Of a DNA stretch of 64,000 nucleotides, positions 1 through 60,162 are shown piece by piece. This DNA is from Octopus vulgaris (lineage: Eukaryota), in assembly GCA_951406725.2 (NCBI GenBank), contig OX597838.1:43338001-43402000 (forward strand), read 5' to 3'. How positions within the stretch are numbered: the stretch's first letter is position 1; the number at the start of each line of letters is the position of its first letter. The position numbers and the translations under genes were made by a program. The notes beneath the pieces are model-generated. The model had not been told where the DNA came from and did not search any database. It saw only the letters and a program-made list of their open reading frames with translations.

Positions 1-7
1 CCAACCC

Positions 8-203
<196 letters not shown>

Positions 204-514
204 CAAATGGTTATTTAAGTTAGAAATATTTCTTTGGTACCACATTTAAAGACGATGTTAATTTGAATAAAGATTCCTCATTTGATTGTAAGGCAATAAA
301 TTTCTAGCAAAATATAATTCTTGTGTAAACTGACCCCAGTCTGTTACTGGTATTTTATTTACTGACCCTGAAGCAATTAAAAGCAGAATCAACTCTGGCA
401 GGTTCCAGATTTGAATCACAGAGACAAAGAATTCAATTCTGCAATGTACTGAATCTGTCATTTCTACCATTCCACTGTCCCAGATCATCATCATAATGAT
501 TCTCTTTGCTACAG

Positions 515-712
515 TCACAAGGGCTGAAATTTTGGGGGTGTTGTGTTACTAGATTATATTGTCCCTTGCATTTACTGGTATTTATTCTATTGACCCCAGA
601 AGGATGAAAGGCATAGTCAACCCCTGCGGAATTTGAACTCAGAATGTGAAAACAGACGAAATGCTGTTAATCATTTTGCTGGGGGTGCTAATGATTCTGT
701 CAGCTTTCTGCT
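515..712 (-). mobile_element. tRNA-derived SINE, family A (ATT-tailed)
   Basis: Reverse complement shows a B-box GAGTTCAAATTC and the core GCCTTTCATCCTT..GGGGTCAATA..TACCAG shared with many copies in the window. Confidence 0.8.
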
Positions 713-714
713 TT

Positions 715-3700
715 AATAATAATAATAATGATAATAATAATCATGATGATGATAATAATAATCATGATGATGATGATGATAATAATGATGATAATAATAA
801 TAATCATGATGATAATAATAATAATAATGATGATAATAATAATAATCATGATGATAATAATAATAATCATGATGATAATAATAATAATAATGATGATAAT
901 AATAATAATAATGATGATAATAATAATAATCATGATGATGATAATAATAATCATGATGATGATAATAATAATCATGATGATGATGATGATAATCATGATG
1001 ATAATAATAATAATAATGATGATAATAATAATAATAATGATGATAATAATAATAATCATGATGATAATAATAATAATCATGATGATAATAATAATAATAA
1101 TCATGATGATGATAATAATAATCATGATGATGATAATAATAATCATGATGATGATGATAATAATAATAATCATGATGATGATAATAATAATAATCATGAT
1201 GATGATAATAATAATCATGATGATGATAATAATAATCATGATGATGATAATAATAATCATGATGATGATAATAATAATAATCATGATGATGATAATAATA
1301 ATAATCATGATGATAATAATAATAATAATCATGATGATGATAATAATAATCATGATGATGATAATAATAATCATGATGATGATAATAATAATAATCATGA
1401 TGATGATAATAATAATAATCATGATGATGATAATAATAATCATGATGATGATAATAATAATCATGATGATGATAATAATAATAATCATGATGATGATAAT
1501 AATAATAATCATGATGATGATAATAATAATCATGATGATGATAATAATAATCATGATGATGATAATAATAATCATGATGATGATAATAATAATCATGATG
1601 ATGATAATAATAATAATCATGATGATGATAATAATAATAATCATGATGATGATAATAATAATCATGATGATGATAATAATAATCATGATGATGATAATAA
1701 TAATAATCATGATGATGATAATAATAATAATCATGATGATGATAATAATAATCATGATGATGATAATAATAATCATGATGATGATAATAATAATCATGAT
1801 GATGATAATAATAATAATCATGATGATGATAATAATAATAATCATGATGATGATAATAATAATCATGATGATGATAATAATAATCATGATGATGATAATA
1901 ATAATCATGATGATGATAATAATAATAATCATGATGATGATAATAATAATAATCATGATGATGATAATAATAATCATGATGATGATAATAATAATCATGA
2001 TGATGATAATAATAATCATGATGATGATAATAATAATAATCATGATGATGATAATAATAATAATCATGATGATAATAATAATAATAATCATGATGATGAT
2101 AATAATAATCATGATGATGATAATAATAATCATGATGATGATAATAATAATAATCATGATGATGATAATAATAATAATCATGATGATGATAATAATAATC
2201 ATGATGATGATAATAATAATCATGATGATGATAATAATAATCATGATGATGATAATAATAATAATCATGATGATGATAATAATAATAATCATGATGATGA
2301 TAATAATAATCATGATGATGATAATAATAATCATGATGATGATAATAATAATCATGATGATGATAATAATAATAATCATGATGATGATAATAATAATAAT
2401 CATGATGATAATAATAATAATAATCATGATGATGATAATAATAATCATGATGATGATAATAATAATCATGATGATGATAATAATAATAATCATGATGATG
2501 ATAATAATAATAATCATGATGATGATAATAATAATCATGATGATGATAATAATAATCATGATGATGATAATAATAATAATCATGATGATGATAATAATAA
2601 TAATCATGATGATGATAATAATAATCATGATGATGATAATAATAATCATGATGATGATAATAATAATCATGATGATGATAATAATAATCATGATGATGAT
2701 AATAATAATAATCATGATGATGATAATAATAATAATCATGATGATGATAATAATAATCATGATGATGATAATAATAATCATGATGATGATAATAATAATC
2801 ATGATGATGATAATAATAATCATGATGATAATAATAATAATCATGATGATGATAATAATAATCATGATGATGATAATAATAATAATCATGATGATGATAA
2901 TAATAATAATCATGATGATGATAATAATAATCATGATGATGATAATAATAATCATGATGATGATAATAATAATCATGATGATGATAATAATAATCATGAT
3001 GATGATAATAATAATAATCATGATGATGATAATAATAATAATCATGATGATGATAATAATAATCATGATGATGATAATAATAATCATGATGATGATAATA
3101 ATAATCATGATGATGATAATAATAATAATCATGATGATGATAATAATAATAATCATGATGATAATAATAATAATAATCATGATGATGATAATAATAATCA
3201 TGATGATGATAATAATAATCATGATGATGATAATAATAATAATCATGATGATGATAATAATAATAATCATGATGATGATAATAATAATCATGATGATGAT
3301 AATAATAATCATGATGATGATAATAATAATCATGATGATGATAATAATAATAATCATGATGATGATAATAATAATAATCATGATGATGATAATAATAATC
3401 ATGATGATGATAATAATAATCATGATGATGATAATAATAATAATCATGATGATGATAATAATAATAATCATGATGATGATAATAATAATCATGATGATGA
3501 TAATAATAATAATCATGATGATGATAATAATAATCATGATGATGATGATGATAATCATGATGATGATAATAATAATCATGATGATGATAATAATAATAAT
3601 CATGATGATGATAATAATAATCATGATGATGATAATAATAATAATCATGATGATGATAATAATAATCATGATGATGATGATGATAATCATGATGATGATA

Positions 3701-6700
3701 ATAATAATCATGATGATGATAATAATAATCATGATGATGATGATGATAATCATGATGATGATAATAATAATCATGATGATGATGATGATAATCATGATGA
3801 TGATAATAATAATCATGATGATGATAATAATAATCATGATGATGATAATAATAATCATGATGATGATAATAATAATAATCATGATGATGATAATAATAAT
3901 AATCATGATGATGATAATAATAATCATGATGATGATAATAATAATAATCATGATGATGATAATAATAATCATGATGATGATGATGATAATCATGATGATG
4001 ATAATAATAATCATGATGATGATAATAATAATAATCATGATGATGATAATAATAATCATGATGATGATAATAATAATAATCATGATGATGATAATAATAA
4101 TCATGATGATGATGATGATAATCATGATGATGATAATAATAATCATGATGATGATAATAATAATCATGATGATGATGATGATAATCATGATGATGATAAT
4201 AATAATCATGATGATGATGATGATAATCATGATGATGATAATAATAATCATGATGATGATAATAATAATCATGATGATGATGATGATAATCATGATGATG
4301 ATAATAATAATCATGATGATGATGATGATAATCATGATGATGATAATAATAATCATGATGATGATAATAATAATAATCATGATGATGATAATAATAATCA
4401 TGATGATGATAATAATAATAATCATGATGATGATAATAATAATCATGATGATGATAATAATAATCATGATGATGATAATAATAATAATCATGATGATGAT
4501 AATAATAATCATGATGATGATAATAATAATCATGATGATGATAATAATAATAATCATGATGATGATAATAATAATCATGATGATGATAATAATAATCATG
4601 ATGATGATAATAATAATAATCATGATGATGATAATAATAATAATCATGATGATGATAATAATAATCATGATGATGATAATAATAATCATGATGATGATAA
4701 TAATAATAATAATGATGATGATATAATAATAATCATGATGATGATAATAATAATCATGATGATGATAATAATAATAATCATGATGATGATAATAATAATA
4801 ATCATGATGATGATAATAATAATCATGATGATGATAATAATAATAATCATGATGATGATAATAATAATCATGATGATGATAATAATAATCATGATGATGA
4901 TAATAATAATAATAATGATGATGATAATAATAATCATGATGATGATAATAATAATAATCATGATGATGATAATAATAATAATCATGATGATGATAATAAT
5001 AATAATCATGATGATGATGATAATAATAATCATGATGATGATAATAATAATAATAATGATGATGATAATAATAATCATGATGATGATAATAATAATAATC
5101 ATGATGATGATAATAATAATAATCATGATGATGATAATAATAATAATCATGATGATGATGATAATAATAATCATGATGATGATAATAATAATAATCATGA
5201 TGATGATAATAATAATAATCATGATGATGATAATAATAATCATGATGATGATAATAATAATAATCATGATGATGATAATAATAATCATGATGATGATAAT
5301 AATAATCATGATGATGATAATAATAATAATAATGATGATGATAATAATAATCATGATGATGATAATAATAATAATCATGATGATGATAATAATAATAATC
5401 ATGATGATGATAATAATAATAATCATGATGATGATGATAATAATAATCATGATGATGATAATAATAATAATAATGATGATGATAATAATAATCATGATGA
5501 TGATAATAATAATAATCATGATGATGATAATAATCATGATGATGATAATAATAATAATCATGATGATGATAATAATAATCATGATGATGATAATAATAAT
5601 AATCATGATGATGATAATAATAATCATCATGATGATAATAATAATAATCATGATGATGATAATAATAATAATCATGATGATGATAATAATAATCATGATG
5701 ATGATAATAATAATAATCATGATGATGATAATAATAATAATCATGATGATGATAATAATAATCATGATGATGATAATAATAATCATCATGATGATGATAA
5801 TAATAATAATCATGATGATGATAATAATAATAATCATGATGATGATAATAATAATCATGATGATGATAATAATAATCATGATGATGATAATAATAATAAT
5901 CATGATGATGATAATAATAATAATCATGATGATGATAATAATAATCATGATGATGATATAATAATAATCATGATGATGATAATAATAATAATCATGATGA
6001 TGATATAATAATAATCATGATGATGATAATAATAATAATCATGATGATGATAATAATAATCATCATGATGATGATAATAATAATCATGATGATGATAATA
6101 ATAATAATCATGATGATGATAATAATAATCATGATGATGATAATAATAATCATCATGATGATGATAATATAATCATGATGATGATAATAATAATAATCAT
6201 GATGATGATGAATAATAATCATGATGATGATAATAATAATAATCATGATGATGATAATAATAATCATGATGATGATGATGATAATCATGATGATGATAAT
6301 AATAATCATGATGATGATAATAATAATCATGATGATGATGATGATAATCATGATGATGATAATAATAATCATCATGATGATGATAATAATAATCATGATG
6401 ATGATGATAATAATCATGATGATGATAATAATAATCATGATGATGATAATAATAATCATGATGATGATAATAATAATCATGATGATGATGATAATAATAA
6501 TCATGATGATGATAATAATAATAATCATGATGATGATAATAATAATCATGATGATGATAATAATAATAATCATGATGATGATAATAATAATCATGATGAT
6601 GATGATAATAATAATCATGATGATGATAATAATAATCATGATGATGATAATAATAATCAATGATGATGATGATAATAATAATCATGATGATGATAATAAT

Positions 6701-9170
6701 AATAATCATGATGATGATAATAATAATCATGATGATGATAATAATAATCATGATGATGATAATAATAATCATGATGATGATAATAATAATAATCATGATG
6801 ATGATAATAATAATCATGATGATGATGATAATAATAATCATGATGATGATAAATAATAATCATGATGATGATAATAATAATCATGATGATGATGATAATA
6901 ATCATGATGATGATAATAATAATCATGATGATGATAATAATAATCATGATGATGATAATAATAATCATGATGATGATAATAATAATCATGATGATGATAA
7001 TAATAATCATGATGATGATAATAATAATCATGATGATGATAATAATAATCATGATGATGATAATAATAATAATCATGATGATGATAATAATAATAATCAT
7101 GATGATGATAATAATAATCATGATGATGATAATAATAATCATGATGATGATAATAATAATAATCATGATGATGATAATAATAATCATGATGATGATAATA
7201 ATAATAATCATGATGATGATAATAATAATAATCATGATGATGATAATAATATGATAATAATGATGATGATAATAATAATCATGATGATGATGATGATAAT
7301 CATGATGATGATAATAATAATCATGATGATGATAATAATAATAATCATGATGATGATAATAATAATCATGATGATGATAATAATAATCATGATGATGATA
7401 ATAATAATCATGATGATGATAATAATAATCATGATGATGATAATAATAATAATCATGATGATGATAATAATAATCATGATGATGATGATGATAATCATGA
7501 TGATGATAATAATAATCATGATGATGATAATAATAATCATGATGATGATGATGATGATAATAATAATCATGATGATGATAATAATAATCATGATGATGAT
7601 AATAATAATCATGATGATGATAATAATAATGATGATGATATGATGATGATAATAATAATAATCATGATGATGATAATAATAATCATGATGATGATGATAT
7701 AATATGATGATGATAATAATAATCATGATGATGATAATAATAATAATCATGATGATGATAATAATAATCATGATGATGATAATAATAATCATGATGATGA
7801 TAATAATAATCATGATGATGATAATAATAATAATCATGATGATGATAATAATAATAATCATGATGATGATAATAATAATCATGATGATGATGATGATAAT
7901 ATGATGATGATAATAATAATCATGATGATGATAATAATAATAATCATGATGATGATAATAATAATCATGATGATGATAATAATAATCATATGATGATAAT
8001 AATAATCATGATGATGATGATGATAATCATGATGATGATAATAATAATCATGATGATGATGATGATAATCATGATGATAATAATAATAATCATGATGATG
8101 ATAATAATAATCATGATGATGATGATGATAATCATGATGATGATAATAATAATCATGATGATGATGATGATAATCATGATGATGATAATAATAATCATGA
8201 TGATGATAATAATAATAATCATGATGATGATAATAATAATCATGATGATGATAATAATAATAATCATGATGATGATAATAATAATCATGATGATGATAAT
8301 AATAATCATGATGATGATAATAATAATAATCATGATGATGATAATAATAATCATGATGATGATAATAATAATAATCATGATGATGATAATAATAATCATG
8401 ATGATGATGATGATAATCATGATGATGATAATAATAATCATGATGATGATAATAATAATAATCATGATGATGATAATAATAATCATGATGATGATAATAA
8501 TAATAATCATGATGATGATAATAATAATCATGATGATGATGATGATAATCATGATGATGATAATAATAATCATGATGATGATAATAATAATCATGATGAT
8601 GATGATGATAATCATGATGATGATAATAATAATCATGATGATGATAATAATAATAATCATGATGATGATAATAATAATAATCATGATGATGATAATAATA
8701 ATCATGATGATGATAATAATCATGATGATGATAATAATAATCATGATGATGATAATAATAATAATCATGATGATGATAATAATAATCATGATGATGATAA
8801 TAATAATCATGATGATGATGATGATAATCATGATGATGATAATAATAATCATGATGATGATATAATAATCATGATGATGATAATAATAATAATCATGATG
8901 ATGATGATGATAATAATAAATCATGATGATGATAATAATAATCATGATGATGATGATGATAATCATGATGATGATAATAATTCATGATGATGATAATAAT
9001 AATAATCATGATGATGATAATAATAATCATGATGATGATGATGATAATCATGATGATGATAATAATCATGATGATGATGATGATAATCATGATGATGATA
9101 ATAATAATCATGATGATGATAATAATAATCATGATGATGATGATGATAATCATAATAATAATGATAATGA
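715..9170. repeat. ~8.5 kb compound trinucleotide satellite, unit CAT(GAT)3(AAT)3-4 (21/24 bp)
   Basis: Direct inspection; several hundred units. Confidence 0.99.
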
Positions 9171-9210
9171 TAACAGTCATAATACTAATGGTAATAATAA
9201 CAATAATAAT

Positions 9211-9427
9211 CCTTTCTACTATAGGCAAAAGGCCTGAAATTTTGAAGGAAGGGGCCAGTCGATTAGATTGACCCCAGTATTTAACTGGTACTTAATTTAT
9301 CGACCCTGAAAGGATGAAAGGCAAAGTCGACCTCAGTGGAATTTGAACCCAGAATGTAGCGAGTGACGGGCGAAATACTGCTAAGCATTTCATCCAACAC
9401 ACTAATGATTCTGCCAGCTCACCACCT

Positions 9428-9463
<36 letters not shown>

Positions 9464-9871
9464 CACCACCACCACCACCACTACTACTACTAATAATAAT
9501 AATGATGATGATGATGATCATTTCTACTCTAGGCACAAAGTCTGAAATATTGTGGGAGGGAGATAGTTGATTACATTGACCCCAGTGTGTAACTGGTACT
9601 TATTTCATCAACCTTGAAAGGATGAGAGACAACGCCAGTCTTGGCAGAATTTCAACTCTGCAGATGAAGGCAGAGAAAATACATGTCTGCTAACAATTCT
9701 GGCTGCTTATCTTCTTAATAAAAACAATAATCCTTTCTACTATAAGAAGGCCTGAGATTTTGGGAGAGCGGGGTCATCGATTACATCAACCCCAGTACTC
9801 AACTGGTACTTATTTCTACCAACCCTGAAAAGATGAAAGGCAAAGTTGATTTCGGTGGAATAATAATTATG

Positions 9872-9908
<37 letters not shown>

Positions 9909-10117
9909 GGCAAGCTGGCTGAATTGTTACTGCACAGGACAAAATACCTAGCAACATTTCTTTTGGCTTAATGTTCTGAGTTCAAATTCCACTGAGGTCA
10001 ACTTTGATTTTTATCCTTTTGAGGTCACTAAAATGAATAAGAGTCATGTACTTGGGTTGATGAAATTAACTAGGCCTTCCTCCAAAATATCGAGTCTTGT
10101 GGCTATAGTAGAAAAGA
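9211..10117. mobile_element. Cluster of family A SINEs: 9211-9428(-), 9519-9715(-), 9732-9861(-), 9907-10117(+), separated by AAT/ACT/ACC microsatellites
   Basis: Shared A-box TGGC(A/T)GAAT, B-box GTTCAAATT, central core and 3' end GGCC..TGCCTATAGTAGAAAGG-(ATT)n. Confidence 0.85.
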
Positions 10118-10406
10118 TTATTTTTGTTATTATTTTTTTTCTAAAATATAAGAAAATTTTAAAAAGATTGTTTGGGTCTTATTTTATCAAATATTTTGTG
10201 TAACACATCTTTTTCCATCATTTCTGTCCAGTTGACTATAGTGATAAAACTCAAAGAAAAATAAAAAAAAAGTTATACATACATACATATATTTGTATAA
10301 TTATATTTATTTCCATAACAATTGGGGAAGTGGTTCAAGGGTCTGGAATATGCCCAACAACCTCCCTTTAAATAACAGTTGAGGATCGCTTGAACGATTT
10401 AAACAC

Positions 10407-10443
<37 letters not shown>

Positions 10444-10499
10444 CTTACTTTGTTCTTACAAACTTGCCTCTTCACAATCAAGTGGTGATACTTTTATGA

Positions 10500-11227
10500 T
10501 TGTCAAACAAGCGTAAATCAATGTTCCAAAAGATGTTTCATGCTCTTCCAGTTTGACATATTTTCCTGATTTCTGTGGGGGTCATCTCGAAGAAAAAAAA
10601 AACCCAAATAAGTGCTCCCCCCCGCCCAGGATTCCACAGTAAAAGTTACCTATCAGTCGAGCCGAGCGATTGAATTGTCACAGATGTTATAAGTGTAAAG
10701 GTGTTACGCATTTTCGTGTGACTTGCGCAGTACAAAGACAAATCATCTGATAAAAGTTTAGCTGGTTCACTGGTCTATTGAGGTTTGAACACTATTGTCA
10801 ACCAAATAAGCCTGTTGGGAGTGATACAATTATTTTAGTTTTTTTTTTTCTTCTTCTCTCTATTGCATACCCAATGGTAAGTGTTGCATGAGAGGTATTG
10901 TGTAGAGCAGCAACAAACCTTCACTTTGCGAGAACTGTTGTACTGGTCAGACGCTCTGCCCGACACAAAATGTACATTGACACATCCTGACCTTGTTGTC
11001 TTCGTGTTTTACGTTTTGGAATTTTGGTTTTAGTTAACTTAATCGACAGAAATCTTAATTTTAAAACACATTTAGAAGTCCGAGGAAAAAAGAAAAAATA
11101 GGAAAGAACTATCAAGGGGGGAAACAAGGTTGACAAAAAAAAGTAACAACAGAACACAGCAGAACATAGAAAAAGAGAAGACGTATTTTTCACTTGTTTG
11201 AAAGAAACTCACCATTGAGGGGTAAAA
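10500..11227 (+). promoter_or_regulatory. Putative promoter / 5'UTR of Su(H)
   Basis: Repeat-free unique sequence with more CpG than the surroundings, directly upstream of the first coding exon. No TSS can be defined from sequence alone. Confidence 0.35.
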
Positions 11228-55587
<44,360 letters not shown>

Positions 55588-56388
55588 CCAATTATAAGGG
55601 TGGGGTAGTGGGGCCGGTGGGGATGGAGTGTGGTTTGTTATTCTCCTTCTGTAAAATTCAATATCATCGTCATCATCATCATCAATGTCGTTGTCATCAT
55701 CATTATTATCATTAACGATCATCCTTGTCATAATTATTGTCATCGCAACAGTGATAGGGAGGGACATTCTAAACTGACTGGAAACTTACCTCATCTTTCG
55801 TTATGAGCACAGAATAAGGACTGCCAAGGCAGAAGATAACCCCCCAGGGTTTGGATTAGGGTGAGAGGCAGTAGTAGTGGTGGTGGTGGTCGTAGTAATT
55901 GCTGCTGTGCATCAATATATGTTATAGCCATGACACTTGAATGTATATTATGTATATATATATATATATATATACATACACTCTGTTAATTATATACATA
56001 CTTACACAAAAACATGTATGTAGTACATACTATCTCTTTTTTGTATGTGTGAGTTTGTGCGTGTGTATACACATACATACATCTTTACACACACAACATG
56101 CATATGCAAATAATGTTAACAAACCAGTAATTTATTAATTAGATTAGCTCTCAAGAATACATTAAATATGCAAATCAGTCAATCCGAGTTAATTAAGGCC
56201 TTGATATTAGCAATTTAGTCTCTGTTTAAACAATGTGTGTCCATGGACAGTTAAAGTGGGTCAGTACTTGAGTCGCTAATGAAATCCCAACATAGGATTG
56301 AAACTAGTCCTGCAGAGATTTGTTTTTTTTAAATTTTTTTTCTTCACAAAGAAACTGTATATAAAGCCCCTAGGTGTTTACATCTGTC

Positions 56389-56435
<47 letters not shown>

Positions 56436-56545
56436 CATAGTTTTAATTAAAATTTATAGATATGTTCTGTAAACAGAACACTGCTTAAGCAGCTGTTGTT
56501 CAGGTGTGTTTGCATGTTGAAGATGCACATGTTGTGTGTGAGGAA

Positions 56546-56581
<36 letters not shown>

Positions 56582-56624
56582 GTGATATGTAATATATCAT
56601 GTACAATATATAAATATATACAGA

Positions 56625-56668
<44 letters not shown>

Positions 56669-56868
56669 ATATATATATATATACATATATTGCATTTTTC
56701 ATTCTCTTCTATTTTTCTTTATAAAAGCAAACAAAAATAAAAATCAATCATAGGAATTTAAGAACTAATAATCAATATTGTGAATTGGAAAAAAATTGAA
56801 GAAAGTTGATAAAATATGAGAACAACAAAAACTGATTTCTTTTATTATATTTTTACTTTAATAATTCC

Positions 56869-56920
<52 letters not shown>

Positions 56921-57119
56921 TATCCTGTGGTAATTGGTGCACTTGCACAACAGCCAAGCTGAAGAACACTGGAAATGAGACTTGCATTGTTGATTTGTGC
57001 CATTCTGTATTCTGTAAGCATCCTGATAAAGAATCTTGGGATTTGAGGTGACATGTTGTCACCCACCCTCAAGAGAATGTCTCTGCTAACCAAAGCAGCA
57101 AATCATAGATTCCTAACAA

Positions 57120-57445
57120 TAAACATAATCACAGTGGTCCCTGATTTAGACACAAAGCGAGCAATTTTAAAAGGAAGATGTTATTTCATAGCTTAAGCTT
57201 TCTAACCCCCAATATCTGACTGGTATGTTATTTTATTGGCTTCTAAAGAATAAAAGGCAAAGTTGACCTTGATGGGATTTGAACTCAGAAGTGCAACAGC
57301 CAGAAAAAGTACGGCAAAGCATTTTTTTCTGGTACTCTAAAGATTCTTGCAGTTTGCTGGGGTTGATGAAATAGGTACCAGTTTAACAGTAATCGACTGG
57401 CCCCATCCCCTAAAAATTTCAGGCCTTGTGCCTAGAGAAGAAAGG

Positions 57446-57487
<42 letters not shown>

Positions 57488-57906
57488 GAGGTGGTGGATT
57501 GGTTGAAATGGTGGGGCCTAAAACTAAACCCTTTCAGAGTTTATGTCAATCCCTTAACAATGAAATCTTTGTTTCACCCTCCCTCTCTCTGATGCCTCTC
57601 GAATAAGAATCTGTGGTGGTGGGTGGAGGGAAACTCATTAACTTCACTTGAACACGCTTTGCCTTTTATCATTTAAGGGTCCGTAAGTACCAGTTGTGCA
57701 CTGGGGTCAGTGTAATTGACTAGCCCCCTCACTGCAAATTTCAGGCTTTGTGCCTATAGTAGGAAGGATTATTATTATTAATCTTTCATCTGCCTTAAAG
57801 ATGTTCTGAGTTCAAATTGCACCAAGGTTGACTTTGCCTTTCATCCTTTTGGGGTCAATAAATCAAGTACCAGTGAAACACTGGGGTTGATGTAATTGAC
57901 TGTTCC

Positions 57907-57956
<50 letters not shown>

Positions 57957-58110
57957 TTTAGAGTGGTGGATGGCAGAATTGGTTTCCATACCTTGTGGTA
58001 TTTGTTCTGATTCTTTACGTTTTGAGTTCAAATCCCACTAAAGACAATTTTGTCTTTCAGGGGTCGATGAAACTGCCTCACCCCCTCACCCTAAATTTGT
58101 TGGCTTTGAA
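57120..58110. mobile_element. Cluster of family A SINE fragments with (ATT)n spacers
   Basis: Repeated core/tail motifs in both orientations. Confidence 0.8.
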
Positions 58111-58319
58111 GTTACCAATAAATATTGACTCTAATGATTGCTTATTGATTTCTAAGAATTGGTTCCACAAGTCCAGCGTTTGATGTCTTCTAATTGTTAG
58201 AATCACGATTCCAAGCTCTGTTTTACAAAGATGGCCAAAATATATTGCAGTTCATATTCTTCAGGTTTAGCCCAAGTTAGAATGCAGCAGTAAATACATC
58301 ATTACAGGTTCACTAGCAG

Positions 58320-58672
58320 ATATGGTTGTGTGGTTAAAATGCCTGCTCTGCAACCAGCAGGTTTTGGGTTCAGTCCCACAACATGGCACCTTTAGCAAGT
58401 GCTTTTCACTACATAACCCTAAGCCAACCAATTCCAGTGAATTTGCTACACAGAAACTGTGTGAAAGCTTGTGGTATGTGTGTGTGTGTGTGTATTTGTC
58501 ACTCCCCAATGATGTTGGTTTGTTTACATCCCTGTAATTTAAAAGAGACCTATAGAATAAGCACTGGACTTTACAAAAAACATGCACTCGGTTGATTTGT
58601 TTGACTGAAACAAAACCCTTCAAGGCAGTGCTCCAGTATGGTCACAATCCAATGAGTGAAACAAGTAAAAAA
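58320..58672 (+). mobile_element. SINE family B copy
   Basis: Head GTGTGGTTAA..GGGTTCAGTCCCAC, tail GAAACAAGTAAAA. Confidence 0.8.
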
Positions 58673-59206
58673 CAAAATGTACTTACAGGATCCCTCGTTA
58701 TAAGTTTGTAAATTAAAAACTGAGGGTGAGTAATTATTCTCTTCCTTTGGATTAGAGCTAATGCTACCATGACCACCACTACTTATATTCTGTGTTTAAT
58801 ATTTTTTTTGTTGATTTTTTTTGGCTCACATAATGTTACTTCAGAGACCAATAAAGCCAATTTCATATTCTTCACTTACTGTTATCGTTGTAAGAGTTGG
58901 CTGGGTTCCTCTGTGTTTTATATATCCATCCACCACCACCACCACCACCATCACCACCACCTTGGTGTCAATATTTATTGTTTTTATTATTTTTTTTAAT
59001 TAATTTCTCTAGAGTTAATTCTAGCATTGAAAAAAAAAATACACAGAAACATTCCAATAGGGATTTGGTCTAAAAAAACGGTCTTCAATGAACTGAGTAA
59101 CATTTTAAAGTAATTAATAAGTTGTGTTGCTGATTAGGAAGGGGCTATATCAGATTGTTTGCTCATATTGGCCCTCTGTAGACATTTCTGTGCATGTGTA
59201 TATATG

Positions 59207-59240
<34 letters not shown>

Positions 59241-59247
<7 letters not shown>

Positions 59248-59610
59248 GTTAAACAGGATGTCAAACATTAAGGCAAGGCAAACATCTCAAGTCATATACA
59301 ATATTATTATAGGAAAACATTCAAAGTCTTACAGCTGTTTCTGGGATATCCCTGAGTATGGGATATTCTCAGAAACAGCTGTAAGACATTGAATTTTTTT
59401 CCCAATAATGATAATGTATTCAACTTGAGATGTTTGTCTTGCCTTAATGTTTGTTGTCCTCTTTAACAATTATATGTCCACTGCATCGGAAATCTGCAAT
59501 GGCTCCATAACTACCATCTTGGCTTTAACCTTGGAGCCCCAGTAATCTATTACAGCACTTACCTAGCATACATAATCGTTTAGATCACCTGTGAACTAAA
59601 CCCCCATACT
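59241..59610. mobile_element. Palindromic pLTR-like element; ~110-bp inverted arms (59241-59474) with a central hammerhead-like motif
   Basis: CTGAGTA TGGGA-tat-TCTCA GAAAC AGCT GTA at 59352-59383; flanked by (TA)n/(TG)n. Confidence 0.72.
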
Positions 59611-59611
59611 T

Positions 59612-59662
<51 letters not shown>

Positions 59663-59664
59663 CT

Positions 59665-59725
59665 TTTACAAGCAGATGGATGAAAGTGATTTTGAAGTTT
59701 TGGCCTGCCAGCCTTTGTCAGATTG
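59665..59725 (-). mobile_element. Degenerate TTCGAA-family hammerhead/pLTR remnant
   Basis: Minus strand CTGACAA AGGC-tggcag-GCC AAAAC TTCAAA ATC ACT. Confidence 0.45.
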
Positions 59726-59924
59726 CAAAAGTATAATAAATATACACTTTACATAAAAGTTTTGAATAATTAAATTACTTTTATTTTAACTCAACAACAA
59801 CTACAACAAAAAAGGGGAACCCAAATATTGTTTCCTAGAATGTTGGTTCTTGAACCACGTCCCATAAACCTAAAATAACATGTAAATATTTTGTTGAAAC
59901 CCATCCACACTTTTGGATAGAAAA

Positions 59925-60003
59925 AGTCAAAGACTGCTCATTGGACTTGATCCCACATCCCCTGCAGACATGTCAGATGTTCCACCACTGGACCAAAGCA
60001 TTC
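59925..60003 (-). pseudogene. tRNA-like SINE head / tRNA pseudogene
   Basis: Minus strand TGGTCCAGTGGT (A-box) ... GGGATCAAGTCC (B-box-like); acceptor stem poor. Confidence 0.4.
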
Positions 60004-60106
60004 CTTCAAATGTCTCTTTCCAATTTGGAAACAACTTTATTCTTACCAGTGAGAGTCACATGTTAAGGACATCATAAGAATTCTATGACTTCAACAATGT
60101 GTGTGT

Positions 60107-60162
<56 letters not shown>

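Noticed and set aside
646-9271. Long ORFs (1771, 1332, 1329 aa and others) over the satellite as real genes
   Set aside because: Open frames are an automatic result of NAT triplet repeats on both strands; no synonymous variation; the leader comes from a SINE
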